From positions 768,001-832,000 of the forward strand of contig CBDCRW010000004.1 in assembly GCA_965221125.1 (NCBI GenBank): a DNA stretch of 64,000 nucleotides, in the 5' to 3' direction. The notes below the pieces were generated by a model, which was given only the letters and a program-made list of their open reading frames with translations, was not told the origin of the DNA and searched no databases. Shown here in pieces: positions 16,319 through 27,110 of this stretch. Source of the stretch: Alphaproteobacteria bacterium. GTDB taxonomy: Bacteria; Pseudomonadota; Alphaproteobacteria; UBA828. The translations under genes and the position numbers were made by a program. The stretch's first letter is position 1. The number at the start of each line of letters is the position of its first letter.

Positions 16319-18702
16319 CCGATCTCGTCGCGGACCGCTGGCTGCTCGACCGCCCGAACTCCTACATCGGCCGATCCGTTCCGCGCCCCAATGCGCCCAG
16401 GCTCACGGAAGGGCGCGGCGCCTTCGTCGACGACATCGAGACAAGCGGGCGGACGGGGCACGCGGCCTTCGTGCGCTCGCCCCACGCGCATGCGCGCATC
16501 CGGTCCATCGACGCGGAGGCGGCGAGGGCGGCATCGGGGGTGATCGCGGTCGTGGACGGGCGCGCGCTCGCGGCGATCCACGACCCCTGGGTCGGCGTGC
16601 TCACGCATCTCGAAGGCCTCAAGTCCGCGCCGCAATACGCGCTGCCGCTGGACACGGCGACGTGGCAGGGCGAGGCGGTGGTGGCCGTGGTCGCCGAGAG
16701 CCGCGCCAGGGCCGAGGACGCGGCGGAGCTGGTCGAGATCGACTGGGAGGTGCTGCCGGCCGTCACGCAGGCCGAGACCGCTTTGGACCCCGCCACGCCG
16801 GTCATCCACGAGAGCCTCGGCGACAACCTCGCCTGGCGGCGCAACGTGGATTTCGGCGATATCGAGGGGGCTTACGCGGAGGCCGACCATATCGTCGAGG
16901 AAACCTATGTCTTCGCCCGGCACACCGGGGTGTGCGTCGAGCCGCGCGCCATCCTCGCGGACTGGAACCCGGGAGAAGGGCAGCTCACCGTGTGGCACAA
17001 CAACCAGTGCCCGCACATGGTGCAGAACATCCTCGCGACCCATTTCCGCCTGGACGAGCACCGGGTCCGCGTCATCGCGCGCGATGTCGGCGGCTCGTTC
17101 GGGATCAAGGTCCACACCTATGCGGACGAGATCGCGACGGTCGGGCTCTCGCTCCTGCTCAGGCGGCCGGTCAAGTTCGTGGCGGACAGGCTGGAGAGCT
17201 TCCTGTCCGACATCCATGCGCGCGACCAGCGGGTCGTGGGGAAGGTCGCCGTGAACGACGACGGCACCATTCTCAGCTTCGAGATCGACGCGCTCAGCGG
17301 GATCGGCCCCTATTCCATGTATCCGCGCACGAGCGGCATCGAGTCGAACCAGATCGTGAACCTGACGGGCGGCCCCTACGCGTTCGACCACTACCGGGCG
17401 CAGGCGACCGTCGTCTTTCAGAACAAGAACATGATGTGCCAGTACCGCGCGGTCGGACACCCGGTCAAATGCGCGGTGACCGAGGGGCTCGTGGATGCGG
17501 CGGCGCGGGCGACCGGCCTCGATCCGGCCGAGATTCGCCGCAGAAACCTGCGCGCGGACGACTCCTATCCCTGCCGCTCGGCGCAGGGGCTCCCGTTCGA
17601 GAACCTCTCGCACCAGGAAAGCCTCGCGAAGCTCCTGGAGGCGATGGACTACGACGCGCTCAAGGAGGAGCGCGACGCCCTCCGCGCCGAGGGGGTCTAC
17701 CGCGGCATCGGGCTTGCGAGCTTCATCGAGGTGACGAACCCGTCGGCGATGTTCTACGGCGTGGGCGGCGCGCGCATATCCGCCCAGGACGGGGCGACGA
17801 TGCGGCTCGACGCCAGGGGCAACGTGTTCGTCGCGACGGGTGCGACCGAGCAGGGGCAAGGCATGGAGGCGGTGATCTCGCAGGTCGCTGCAACGGCCGT
17901 CGGCGTTCCGCCCGACCGGCTCAAGATCGTCACCGGCGACACGGAGCACACGCCCTACGGCGGCGGCACATGGGCCTCGCGCGCGGCCGGCATCGGCGGC
18001 GAGGCGGTGGCCCAGGCGGGCCGCGCGCTACGCCGGCAAATCCTGCGCGCAGCGGCGGTCATGCTCCAGGAGGAGGCGGAGAACCTGGACATCCGGGGCG
18101 GGGTCGTGGTGGACAGGGCGACCGGCGCCGAGCGCATCGGCCTCGATGAGGTCGGGCGCGTCTGCTACTACCGGCCCGACACCCTGCCGGACGGCTTCCA
18201 GTCGGAGCTGGTCGCGACCCGTCACTACGTCCCGCGCAAGTACCCCTTCGCCTTCACCAATGGCGCGCAGGCGTCGTACCTGGAGGTCGATGTCGAGACC
18301 GGCTTCATCTCGCTCCTGGATCACTGGTGCATCGAGGACTGCGGCACCGTCATCAACCCGCAGCTCGTGGACGAGCAGATCCGGGGCGGCATCGTGCAGG
18401 GGCTGGGCGGCGCGCTCTGGGAGCAGTGCGTGTACGACGGCGACGGGCAGATGCTCAACGCCACCATGGCGGACTATCTCGTGCCCATGGCGGCGGAGCT
18501 GCCCGACATGCGCTGCGGCCACGTGGTCTCGCCCACGTTCGAGTCCGATCTCGGCGCCAAGGGGGTGGGCGAGGCCGGCACCTGCGGCGCGCCGGCCGCG
18601 GTGATGAATGCGCTCAACGACGCGCTGGCACCGTTCGACACGCGGCTCACCGACATGCCGTTCACGCCCCAGAAGGTGCTGCGCGCGCTCGGCAGGATCT
18701 GA
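16315..18702 (+). CDS. Molybdenum hydroxylase molybdopterin-binding large subunit (CoxL/XdhA-like; substrate unknown)
   Basis: RSPHAHARI, VGGSFGIK, QGQG, INPQLVDEQIRGG and AKGVGE motifs. The active-site loop reads QYRAVG. Confidence 0.9.
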   Translation: MTDLVADRWLLDRPNSYIGRSVPRPNAPRLTEGRGAFVDDIETSGRTGHAAFVRSPHAHARIRSIDAEAARAASGVIAVVDGRALAAIHDPWVGVLTHLEGLKSAPQYALPLDTATWQGEAVVAVVAESRARAEDAAELVEIDWEVLPAVTQAETALDPATPVIHESLGDNLAWRRNVDFGDIEGAYAEADHIVEETYVFARHTGVCVEPRAILADWNPGEGQLTVWHNNQCPHMVQNILATHFRLDEHRVRVIARDVGGSFGIKVHTYADEIATVGLSLLLRRPVKFVADRLESFLSDIHARDQRVVGKVAVNDDGTILSFEIDALSGIGPYSMYPRTSGIESNQIVNLTGGPYAFDHYRAQATVVFQNKNMMCQYRAVGHPVKCAVTEGLVDAAARATGLDPAEIRRRNLRADDSYPCRSAQGLPFENLSHQESLAKLLEAMDYDALKEERDALRAEGVYRGIGLASFIEVTNPSAMFYGVGGARISAQDGATMRLDARGNVFVATGATEQGQGMEAVISQVAATAVGVPPDRLKIVTGDTEHTPYGGGTWASRAAGIGGEAVAQAGRALRRQILRAAAVMLQEEAENLDIRGGVVVDRATGAERIGLDEVGRVCYYRPDTLPDGFQSELVATRHYVPRKYPFAFTNGAQASYLEVDVETGFISLLDHWCIEDCGTVINPQLVDEQIRGGIVQGLGGALWEQCVYDGDGQMLNATMADYLVPMAAELPDMRCGHVVSPTFESDLGAKGVGEAGTCGAPAAVMNALNDALAPFDTRLTDMPFTPQKVLRALGRI

Positions 18703-18788
18703 GCCGCGCGTCCGTCACGCCCGCAGGGTCATGCGAGCGCGGTACGGTCGGCCGGGGACGAGGCCCGATCCCTGGCAAGAATCTCGCG

Positions 18789-19673
18789 CTAACGCAGGAC
18801 GCGGCCGGCGACGGCGTCGAGGCGCTTCACCATTGCCGCATCGCGGGCCTCGGGCGCCGTGATCGCGGCGTTCTCCAGCGCGCGGTCGCAGCCAGAAGGG
18901 CAGGGGCCGCGCCGGGCCGCGAGGGCCTCCGCAAGCGCCGCCACGAGGCGGCGGGCGGCGGCCGCGTTCTCCTGCAGGGTGCGCACGATGGCGTCGACCG
19001 TGACGGCGGCGTGGTCCGGGTGCCAGCAGTCGTAGTCGGTGACCATGGCGACGGTCGCGTAGCAGATCTCCGCCTCGCGGGCGAGCTTGGCCTCCGGCAT
19101 GTTGGTCATGCCGATGACCGAGCACCCCCATTGCCGATAGACTTCCGATTCGGCGATCGTCGAGAACTGCGGCCCCTCCATCGCGAGGTAGGTGCCGCCC
19201 CTGACGATACGCTGCCCGAGGTTGTCTGCGGCCGCCAGCAGGTGGTCGCCGAGGCGCGGGCACACGGGCTCGGCCATGGAGACATGGGCGGCGAGCCCGG
19301 CGCCGAAAAAGCTCTTCTCGCGGGCGAAGGTGCGGTCGATGAACTGATCGACGAGGACGAAGTCGCCGGGCGCGATGTCTTCGCGCAGGCTGCCCACCGC
19401 GCTCAGCGAGACGATGTCCGTCACGCCCGCACGCTTGAGCGCGTCGATGTTGGCGCGGTAGTCGACCGCGCCGGGCGGCAGAGGGTGGCCGCGGCCGTGG
19501 CGCGGCAGGAACGCCATCTCGGTGCCGGCGAGGCGGCCGAGAAGCAGCGAATCGGAGGGATTGCCGAAGGGCGAGCGGACGTCGATCCGCTCGGTCTCGC
19601 TCAGCCCCTCGATCTCGTAGAGGCCGCTGCCGCCGATGACGCCGAGACGAACCGGGGCGGTCGGCTCAGTCAC
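18789..19673 (-). CDS. mtnP: S-methyl-5'-thioadenosine phosphorylase
   Basis: GVIGGSGLY, LPRHG, EGPQFST, IGMTNMPEAKLARE and VTDYDCW motifs. Confidence 0.92.
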   Translation of the reverse strand: MTEPTAPVRLGVIGGSGLYEIEGLSETERIDVRSPFGNPSDSLLLGRLAGTEMAFLPRHGRGHPLPPGAVDYRANIDALKRAGVTDIVSLSAVGSLREDIAPGDFVLVDQFIDRTFAREKSFFGAGLAAHVSMAEPVCPRLGDHLLAAADNLGQRIVRGGTYLAMEGPQFSTIAESEVYRQWGCSVIGMTNMPEAKLAREAEICYATVAMVTDYDCWHPDHAAVTVDAIVRTLQENAAAARRLVAALAEALAARRGPCPSGCDRALENAAITAPEARDAAMVKRLDAVAGRVLR

Positions 19674-19682
19674 GGCCGCGCG

Positions 19683-20351
19683 CTAGCCCAGATGGCGTGC
19701 GAGGTGGGCGAGGGAACGGTCGCGGGCCAGCGCGGCGGCGTCCGCGTGGTGGTCCGCCCGGCGGTCGCAGTTGAAGCCGTGGCCCGCGCCCTGATAGACG
19801 TGGACGGTGACGTCCGGGTGGGTGGTCTTGATCTCGTCGACGTCGGCCATCGGGATGCCAGCGTCCTCGGTGCCGAAGTGGAGCATCGTCGGGCAAGTGG
19901 GAGTCTCTCCCACGAACTCGATGATCTGTCCGCCGTAGTAGCCGACGGCCGCGTCGAGCTCCAGGCGGCAGGCGGAAAGCCAGGCGAGCGAGCCGCCCCA
20001 GCAGTAGCCCACCACGCCCGTCTTCGGCGCGCCTTCGAGCGCATCGACGCCGGCCTCGATGTCCATGACCGGGCCGTCCCAGCCGATGTCGGCCTTGAGC
20101 CCGCGACCTTCGTCCACCGTCTCGGCGCTATAGCCCAGCTCGATCCCCGGCTCCTTGCGGTCGAAGAGGCATGGCGCCAGCACGAGGTAGCCTTGGGCCG
20201 CGTAGTCGTCGCACACGCTCCTGATGTGGTCGTTGACCCCAAAAATTTCCTGCACGAGCACGAGGCCCGCGCGGGGCTCGCCATCGGGCGCAGCGCGATA
20301 TGCGTTGAGAACGTGACCATCGTCCGCGGTCAGCCGGACAACTGCGCCCAT
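19683..20351 (-). CDS. Dienelactone hydrolase family protein
   Basis: QEIFGVN, GYCWGG nucleophile motif and GHGF. Confidence 0.9.
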   Translation of the reverse strand: MGAVVRLTADDGHVLNAYRAAPDGEPRAGLVLVQEIFGVNDHIRSVCDDYAAQGYLVLAPCLFDRKEPGIELGYSAETVDEGRGLKADIGWDGPVMDIEAGVDALEGAPKTGVVGYCWGGSLAWLSACRLELDAAVGYYGGQIIEFVGETPTCPTMLHFGTEDAGIPMADVDEIKTTHPDVTVHVYQGAGHGFNCDRRADHHADAAALARDRSLAHLARHLG

Positions 20352-20457
20352 CGTGGGTGCCTCCCTGATCCTCAGCCGTTCGGCGCCTGTCCCTGCGCCG
20401 CAACCTCACATAGCAGACAGGGCATACCAGCGCCACTCACGGCCGTGCGCCGCTCCG

Positions 20458-21561
20458 CTACACGTTGAAGCGAAACAGCATGACGTCGCCGTCGCATACG
20501 ATGTAGGAGCGCCCCTCCTGGCGCATGCGGCCCGCGCTGCGGGCGGCCTGCTCGCCGCCGAGTGCGATCAACTCGTCCGCGGCGATGGTCTCGGCACAGA
20601 TGAAGCCGCGCGCAAAATCCGTGTGGATGCGCCCGGCTGCTTCGACCGCCGTGCTGCCCGCGGGGACGGGCCAGGCGCGCGCTTCCGTCTCGGTGGCGGT
20701 GAGGAAGCGGATCAGCCCGAGGAGGCGATGGCCGGCATGGATCACACGGTCGAGGCCGGGCGCGTCGAGGCCGAGCGATTCGAGGAATTCGGCCTTCTCG
20801 GCCGGGTCCTCCAGCAATGCGATCTCCGCCTCGATCGCGGCCGAGATCACGACCACTTCGGCGCCGGCGGACGCGGCGTGAGCGGTGACGGTCCGGCTCA
20901 TGGCGTTGCCCGCCGCCGCGTTCGCCTCGTCGACGTTCGCGACGTAGAGCACCGGCTTCGCGCTGAGCAGGTTGAGGGCCGAGAATTCGCGTTCGGCCGC
21001 CTCGTAGGGTGGGTCGAGCCCGCGCGCCGGTCGGCCGTTCTCCAGCAGGGCGAGCGCGGGCTCGATGGCGGCGAGCCGCTCCTTCGCTTCGCCGTCGCCC
21101 CCGCGGGCGCGCTTGATGGCCGACTCGCGCTGACGCTCCAGGCTTTCGAGATCGGCCAGCATGAGCTCGGTCTCGATCAGCGCGATATCGCGCAGGGGAT
21201 CGACCGCGCCCGAGCCGTGCGCGACTTGCTCGTCCTCGAAGCAGCGGACCAGGTGGAGCAGGGCGTCGACCTCGCGCACGTGACCCAGAAAGCGGTTGCC
21301 GAGCCCCTCGCCCTTGCTGGCGCCTTCGACGAGGCCGGCGATGTCGACCACCTCCAGCACGCTCGGCACGATCTTGCGCGAGCCCGCGAGCCGGGCCACC
21401 GCGACGAGCGCCTCGTCCGGCACCGGCGCGCGCCCCACGTTGGGCTCGACCGTGCAGAACGGATAGTTGCCGACCTCGGCCGCGCCGCTCGCCACCAGCG
21501 CGTTGAAGAGCGTGGACTTGCCCACGTTGGGCAGGCCCACGATGCCGCAGCGGAAGCCCAT
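20458..21561 (-). CDS. ychF: Redox-regulated ATPase YchF
   Basis: GIVGLPNVGKST, DIAGLV, GEGLGN, IHTDF and MRQEG motifs. Confidence 0.95.
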   Translation of the reverse strand: MGFRCGIVGLPNVGKSTLFNALVASGAAEVGNYPFCTVEPNVGRAPVPDEALVAVARLAGSRKIVPSVLEVVDIAGLVEGASKGEGLGNRFLGHVREVDALLHLVRCFEDEQVAHGSGAVDPLRDIALIETELMLADLESLERQRESAIKRARGGDGEAKERLAAIEPALALLENGRPARGLDPPYEAAEREFSALNLLSAKPVLYVANVDEANAAAGNAMSRTVTAHAASAGAEVVVISAAIEAEIALLEDPAEKAEFLESLGLDAPGLDRVIHAGHRLLGLIRFLTATETEARAWPVPAGSTAVEAAGRIHTDFARGFICAETIAADELIALGGEQAARSAGRMRQEGRSYIVCDGDVMLFRFNV

Positions 21562-21562
21562 T

Positions 21563-22231
21563 CTAGCGCTCTTGCGGCTGCTCGCCGCCCGCCTGCGGCC
21601 GCTTCGCTCCCGGCGGCGGCGCGAGGAGGGCGACGCGGCTCATGAAGGCGCTGGCGTCCCCGGCCATGACCAGGGGGAAGGCGTCTGCGATGGCGTCGAG
21701 AGTGGGCGCGAGCCACGCCCGGTCCGACGCGCCGAAGCTCGAGAGCACGTGGCCCGTCATCCGGTCGCGGTCGCCGGGGTGGCCGATGCCGATCCGCACG
21801 CGCCAGAAATCGGCGCCGATGTGGGAGCGGATGCTCCGCAGCCCGTTGTGGCCGGCGACGCCGCCGCCCATCTTCGCGCGTACCTTGCCGGCGGCGAGGT
21901 CGACCTCGTCATGCAGGACGATGACGGCGTCCGAGCTGAGCTTGTGAAAGCGCATGGCGGCGCCCACGGCGCGGCCCGATTCGTTCATGTAGGTCTGGGG
22001 CTTGAGCGCGAGCACCGCGTCGTCGCCCACGCGGCCTTCGGCGATCTCGCCGTGAAAGCGCGTGCGCCGCCTGAACGCGCCGAAGCCCTGCGCCGTCGCC
22101 AGCGCGTCGAGCGCCATGAACCCGACGTTGTGCCGGTGCCGGGCCGCGTCGGTTCCGGGATTGCCGAGGCCCACCAGCAGGCGGGCGGGGGCGCCCGCCC
22201 GGGTGGCGCGGGAGCGACGGAAAAAGGCCGT
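21563..22231 (-). CDS. pth: Peptidyl-tRNA hydrolase (start codon uncertain)
   Basis: LVGLGNPG, RHNVGF, KPQTYMNESG, GHNGLRS and RIGIGHPG motifs; lies between rplY and ychF. Confidence 0.92.
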   Translation of the reverse strand, partial: TAFFRRSRATRAGAPARLLVGLGNPGTDAARHRHNVGFMALDALATAQGFGAFRRRTRFHGEIAEGRVGDDAVLALKPQTYMNESGRAVGAAMRFHKLSSDAVIVLHDEVDLAAGKVRAKMGGGVAGHNGLRSIRSHIGADFWRVRIGIGHPGDRDRMTGHVLSSFGASDRAWLAPTLDAIADAFPLVMAGDASAFMSRVALLAPPPGAKRPQAGGEQPQER

Positions 22232-22232
22232 G

Positions 22233-22916
22233 CTACGACTCCTCGCCTTCGGCGTCCGGCGCGGCCTCGCCTTCCTCGGCGCCTTCCTCGTCGCCTTCCT
22301 CCAGCTCCTCGCCCTCTTCGCCTTCCTCCTCATCGACCGGCTCGACGATGATGGTGGGCGCGGCGATGGTGGCGACGGTGAAGTCGCGGTCGGTGATGGT
22401 GGGCGTCACGCCTTCGGGCAGATCGATCTGGCTGATGTGGATGCTGTCGCCGATCTCGCTTCCGGCCACGTCCGCCACGATGAACTCGGGGATCGCCTCC
22501 AGCGGGCACAGCAGCTCGACCTCGTGGCGGACGATGTTGAGCACGCCGCCGCGCTTCAGCCCCTCGGATTCCTCCTGGCCCTCGAAGCGGACCTCGACCG
22601 AGACCGCGAGCGCCGCGCCCTTGACGTAGCGGATGAAGTCGATGTGGAGCGGCGCATCGGTGACCGGATCGACCTGCACGTCGCGGGGCAGGACGCGTAT
22701 GACGTCGCCGTTGACCTCGAGGTCGTAGAGGCGGGCGAAGAAGCCCCGGCGGGCCAGCTCGCGCTCCAGCACGTTGTAGTTGAGCGAGACGGAGAGCGGC
22801 TCGCCGCCGCCGCCATAGACGATGGCCGGCATCCGGCCCTCGCGCCTGAGCGCCCGCGCGCCCCCCTTGCCGCGCGGCTCGCGCGGCAGCGCCTCGATGG
22901 TTATCTGGTCGCTCAT
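22233..22916 (-). CDS. rplY: 50S ribosomal protein L25/general stress protein Ctc
   Basis: GKGGARALRREG.PAIVYG, DVQVDPV..LHIDF and GLKRGG motifs; acidic tail. Confidence 0.95.
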   Translation of the reverse strand: MSDQITIEALPREPRGKGGARALRREGRMPAIVYGGGGEPLSVSLNYNVLERELARRGFFARLYDLEVNGDVIRVLPRDVQVDPVTDAPLHIDFIRYVKGAALAVSVEVRFEGQEESEGLKRGGVLNIVRHEVELLCPLEAIPEFIVADVAGSEIGDSIHISQIDLPEGVTPTITDRDFTVATIAAPTIIVEPVDEEEGEEGEELEEGDEEGAEEGEAAPDAEGEES

Positions 22917-22949
22917 GGTCGTGCTTCCCCAGTATCCGTGTTCCGCACG

Positions 22950-23882
<933 letters not shown>

Positions 23883-23988
23883 CGGTGACGGTTCCCTGGA
23901 TTTAGGACGGGGTGAAACCAGCCGGGCCGCGCTGCCGGCCCCGAAGGCGCGCGGACTGTATCAACCCGACCCTGCCCTGTAAACGGCG

Positions 23989-25161
23989 TTACTGAAGCGC
24001 GGCGGAGACCACGATCGAGACCGCGATGGGCGCCTCGGGCCGGGGCTTGCTCGGCGGCGCGGGGAGCGGCCTGAAGAGCGGCGCGGGCGCCGTGGATCTC
24101 GCTTCGACCGTGAGCGCAATCGGCGGATCGACCGGCGTCGCGATGGCCCGGAGGGGAGGCGCTTGGCTCGGTGGTTCGGTCGTCTGCCCGGTCGACCGGG
24201 GCGATGCGTCGATGGGCGGCGCCAGCGGAACCGCGGCCTGCGGCTCCGCGGGCGTCTCGCGCCGGGATGCCGATGCAAATTGCGGCGCGGGCGCGTGCTC
24301 GAGCAGTTGCGCGATTCCCGGCGCGCCTGCCCGCGCCACGATCCTGGCCAGCGCACCCCAGGCGCCGGTCAACTGCGCCGCCGAGACGCGGTTGCTCTGG
24401 GTGACGGTGCCGAGCCTCGTGCCGTCTGGCTGCAGCACGTCCCAGGCGATGGTGAGCGCCGCGTCGTCCGATGCCTCGTCGTCTCGTGCCACCGAGACCC
24501 GGCCCAGGATCAGATGCGAGTCGTCCTTGCCGTCGTCGGCGACCGCGACGCCGATGCGGGCGAGGGAATCCCGCATGGCGCGGGCCAGCGCGATACCGCC
24601 GTCGCCCGGCGCGCCGTGCACCGCTTCGAGCACCACGGGCACCGCAGGCCGCGCGCGCTCGTCCTCGGCAATCGGCGGCTCCAGGGTATCGGTGATCTGC
24701 CGTGCGGCCCGCGCGGCGATGGCGGCCAGATCGGGCGCGGTTTCGTCGATCCGCGCCGCATCGAGCGATGGGTCCTCGAAGCGAAGCGCGGTCGCGCCGT
24801 CGGGCGTGACCAGCGCCCACCTCAGCTTGCGCGTGACCGCCGAGACCTGGCCGGCCAGGACGATGCTGGCCCGTCCGCCGGCATATGTGCTCGCAGGCAC
24901 GTCGCGCACCTGAAGCGCGGCGACGACCTCGTTTGCCAGCTCGGCGGATCGGGGTTGCGGCAAGCCGGCGATGGGCAGCACCAGGATGCTCCCCCAGGCG
25001 ATGTCTCCCGGCGCCGACCAGGCTTGCAGGCTCTTCTCGGCCGGCTGGAAGGGCCGGGGCAGGTCGCCGCAGGCCGCGAGGGCCATGCACAGAAAGAGGG
25101 CCAGCGCACACGGCAACGTCATGCGCCGCCGTGCCGTCGCTGCGCCGGCCCGATCGGTCAC
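23989..25161 (-). CDS. Putative lipoprotein with a Pro/Ala-rich tail
   Basis: Signal peptide with lipobox LAAC followed by GDLPRPFQP; co-oriented within the lgt-prs run. Confidence 0.65.
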   Translation of the reverse strand: MTDRAGAATARRRMTLPCALALFLCMALAACGDLPRPFQPAEKSLQAWSAPGDIAWGSILVLPIAGLPQPRSAELANEVVAALQVRDVPASTYAGGRASIVLAGQVSAVTRKLRWALVTPDGATALRFEDPSLDAARIDETAPDLAAIAARAARQITDTLEPPIAEDERARPAVPVVLEAVHGAPGDGGIALARAMRDSLARIGVAVADDGKDDSHLILGRVSVARDDEASDDAALTIAWDVLQPDGTRLGTVTQSNRVSAAQLTGAWGALARIVARAGAPGIAQLLEHAPAPQFASASRRETPAEPQAAVPLAPPIDASPRSTGQTTEPPSQAPPLRAIATPVDPPIALTVEARSTAPAPLFRPLPAPPSKPRPEAPIAVSIVVSAALQ

Positions 25162-25238
25162 GGACCCGACGCCGTCAGAACGCAGCTCGCCACGAGGCCG
25201 ACGAACAGCAGGGCGCCGAAGATGATCACGTAGGGCAT
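25158..25238 (-). CDS. Putative 26-aa single-pass membrane protein
   Basis: MPYVIIFGALLFVGLVASCVLTASGP*. It starts 1 nt after the pgeF stop, and its stop overlaps the next GTG. Confidence 0.5.
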   Translation of the reverse strand: MPYVIIFGALLFVGLVASCVLTASGP

Positions 25239-25239
25239 C

Positions 25240-26016
25240 TCAGGCGAGCGCCACGATGGAGATGTTGCGGCCGTAGTCGGGCTCGGCGCGGTGGACGCTC
25301 CGGCGATAGCTGAAGAAGCGGGTCGGCTCGGCGCAGGTATCGCCGCCGGTCATGTCCACCGCCGCAAGACCGAGCCCGCGCAGGCGGCGCGCGACATAGC
25401 CCGCGATGTCGAAGAGGAAGCGTCCGTCCCGCTCCGCCGGTGCGAACAGGTCTTCGTCCTGCGGGTTGCGGGCGAGGAAGGGGGCGGGAAACTCGGGCCC
25501 CACCTCGTAGGACGCCGTGCCGATGGCGGGGCCGATCACCGCCCGGATGTCGTTCGCCCGCGCGCCCAGGCCGAGCATGGCCGAGACCGCGGCCTCCAGG
25601 ACCCCGTTCAGCGCGCCGCGCCAGCCGGCATGGGCCGCGCCGATCACGCCGGCCTCGCGATCCGCCAGCAGCACCGGCACGCAGTCCGCCGTGAGGATGG
25701 CGAGCGCGAGACCCGGCGTCGCCGTCGCCATGGCGTCGACCCGCGGCGCCTCGTCCCGCGGCCAGGGCTCGGTCACGACGATCGCGTCGGCGCTGTGTAC
25801 CTGGTAGGCGGTGCAGAGCGCTGCGGGCAGCAGCCCGCAGGCCTTCATCGCGCGCGCACGGTTTTCCCGGACGGCCTCGGGGTCGTCGCCGGAGCCGTAG
25901 CCGCAATTGAGGGAACGGTAGAGCCCGTTGCTGACGCCGCCGACGCGGCCGAAGAAGCCGTGGCGGACGCGGCCGCTCGGATCTTCCAGGAGAGGGTGGC
26001 AGAGGGGCTCGATCAT
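25240..26016 (-). CDS. pgeF: Peptidoglycan editing factor / purine nucleoside phosphorylase PgeF (YfiH)
   Basis: HGFFGRVGG, QVHS, LTADCVPVL, HAGWRG and FFSYRR motifs. Confidence 0.93.
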   Translation of the reverse strand: MIEPLCHPLLEDPSGRVRHGFFGRVGGVSNGLYRSLNCGYGSGDDPEAVRENRARAMKACGLLPAALCTAYQVHSADAIVVTEPWPRDEAPRVDAMATATPGLALAILTADCVPVLLADREAGVIGAAHAGWRGALNGVLEAAVSAMLGLGARANDIRAVIGPAIGTASYEVGPEFPAPFLARNPQDEDLFAPAERDGRFLFDIAGYVARRLRGLGLAAVDMTGGDTCAEPTRFFSYRRSVHRAEPDYGRNISIVALA

Positions 26017-27110
26017 GGTGCAGCCGCTTGGCCCAGATGCTCGAAGCCGGGCGGCGCACCCAGCGCCGGGTGGGCGAACGCCAGCGCCTTGAACAGCGTG
26101 CCCATCTCGTCCGCGCCGGTCAGGCGCCGGAGCGCCGCGTCGATCGCCGCCGCCTGCTCGGCGCTCGCATTCTGCTGCAGCCGGGCCGCCCGCGCGTCGA
26201 TCCCCAACGCCCGGAGAAACGCCCCTTGCGGGACCGGGCCGAAGGCCGCGGCGCCCGCCCCCCGCGCCGCCGCCGCCAATGCGCAAAAATCCACGTGGGC
26301 GGTCAGGTCTGCGCTGCCGGGATCGTCCAGCACGCCGTGGCGGCGGTGGCGTTTCACGGCCTGGAGCGTGTCGCCGATGCCCGGCCGCGCGTGGCCGTAG
26401 TCGATGACGAGCGCCGCACCGCCGTCGGCCGCGATTCGCGCGCCGAGGGCCGCGGCAAGCGCGTCCCGCGCCGGCGCCCGCTCGACGATGGCGCCGGCCG
26501 GTGCGGCCCCGAGCCGGGCGTCGTCGGGGCATGCCGTGCCATTGACGGCGAAGTTGAGAGACTCGGAGCCCGGTGCGAGCGTGACCATGCGTTCCCGCCA
26601 CGTATCGCCCACGCGCTCGAATTGCCGGATCGGCAGGGCGTCGAAGAACTCGTTGGCGACGACCAGCACGGGGCCTGCCGGCACGGTCTCGAACCGCTCG
26701 TGCCAGGCCGGCCGCGCATCGCCCAGCGAAGCGGCCTGCTCGGCGCGCAGGGTCTCGCTCGACTCGACCAGGTGCAGGTCGATGGCAGCGCGGAAATCCG
26801 GCACGGTCTCCGCCGCGCGCAGCGCGTCCGCGAGCAGCGTGCCGCGGCCCGGCCCAAGCTCGACGAGGCGCACGGGCCGCGGCCGGCCCATGCTCTGCCA
26901 GACCGCCCCGCACCAGAGGCCGATCAGCTCGCCGAACATCTGGCTCACCTCGGGCGCGGTGATGAAGTCGCCCGCGACGCCAATGGGTCCGCCTCCGCGA
27001 TAGTAGCCATGCGTGGGGTGGTTGAGGCAGAGCTCCATGTAGGCGGCGACGCTGAGCGGCCCGTCCCGCCGGATGCGCTCCCGGATTTCCGCCGCGAGCG
27101 CCGTCATCAT
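26013..27110 (-). CDS. SAM-dependent methyltransferase, MidA/NDUFAF7 family
   Basis: GDFITAPEVSQMFGE, ELGPGRG, ANEFFDALP, IDYG and DLTAHVDF motifs. Confidence 0.92.
   Translation of the reverse strand: MMTALAAEIRERIRRDGPLSVAAYMELCLNHPTHGYYRGGGPIGVAGDFITAPEVSQMFGELIGLWCGAVWQSMGRPRPVRLVELGPGRGTLLADALRAAETVPDFRAAIDLHLVESSETLRAEQAASLGDARPAWHERFETVPAGPVLVVANEFFDALPIRQFERVGDTWRERMVTLAPGSESLNFAVNGTACPDDARLGAAPAGAIVERAPARDALAAALGARIAADGGAALVIDYGHARPGIGDTLQAVKRHRRHGVLDDPGSADLTAHVDFCALAAAARGAGAAAFGPVPQGAFLRALGIDARAARLQQNASAEQAAAIDAALRRLTGADEMGTLFKALAFAHPALGAPPGFEHLGQAAAP

Noticed and set aside
18533-18560. tRNA-like GTTCGAGTCC...GCCA string
   Set aside because: It lies inside the coding frame (FESDLGAK), has no T-stem pairing and no upstream cloverleaf.
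16315-18702. Aerobic CO dehydrogenase call
   Set aside because: The protein lacks the AYxCSFR motif, and no cox accessory genes are present.
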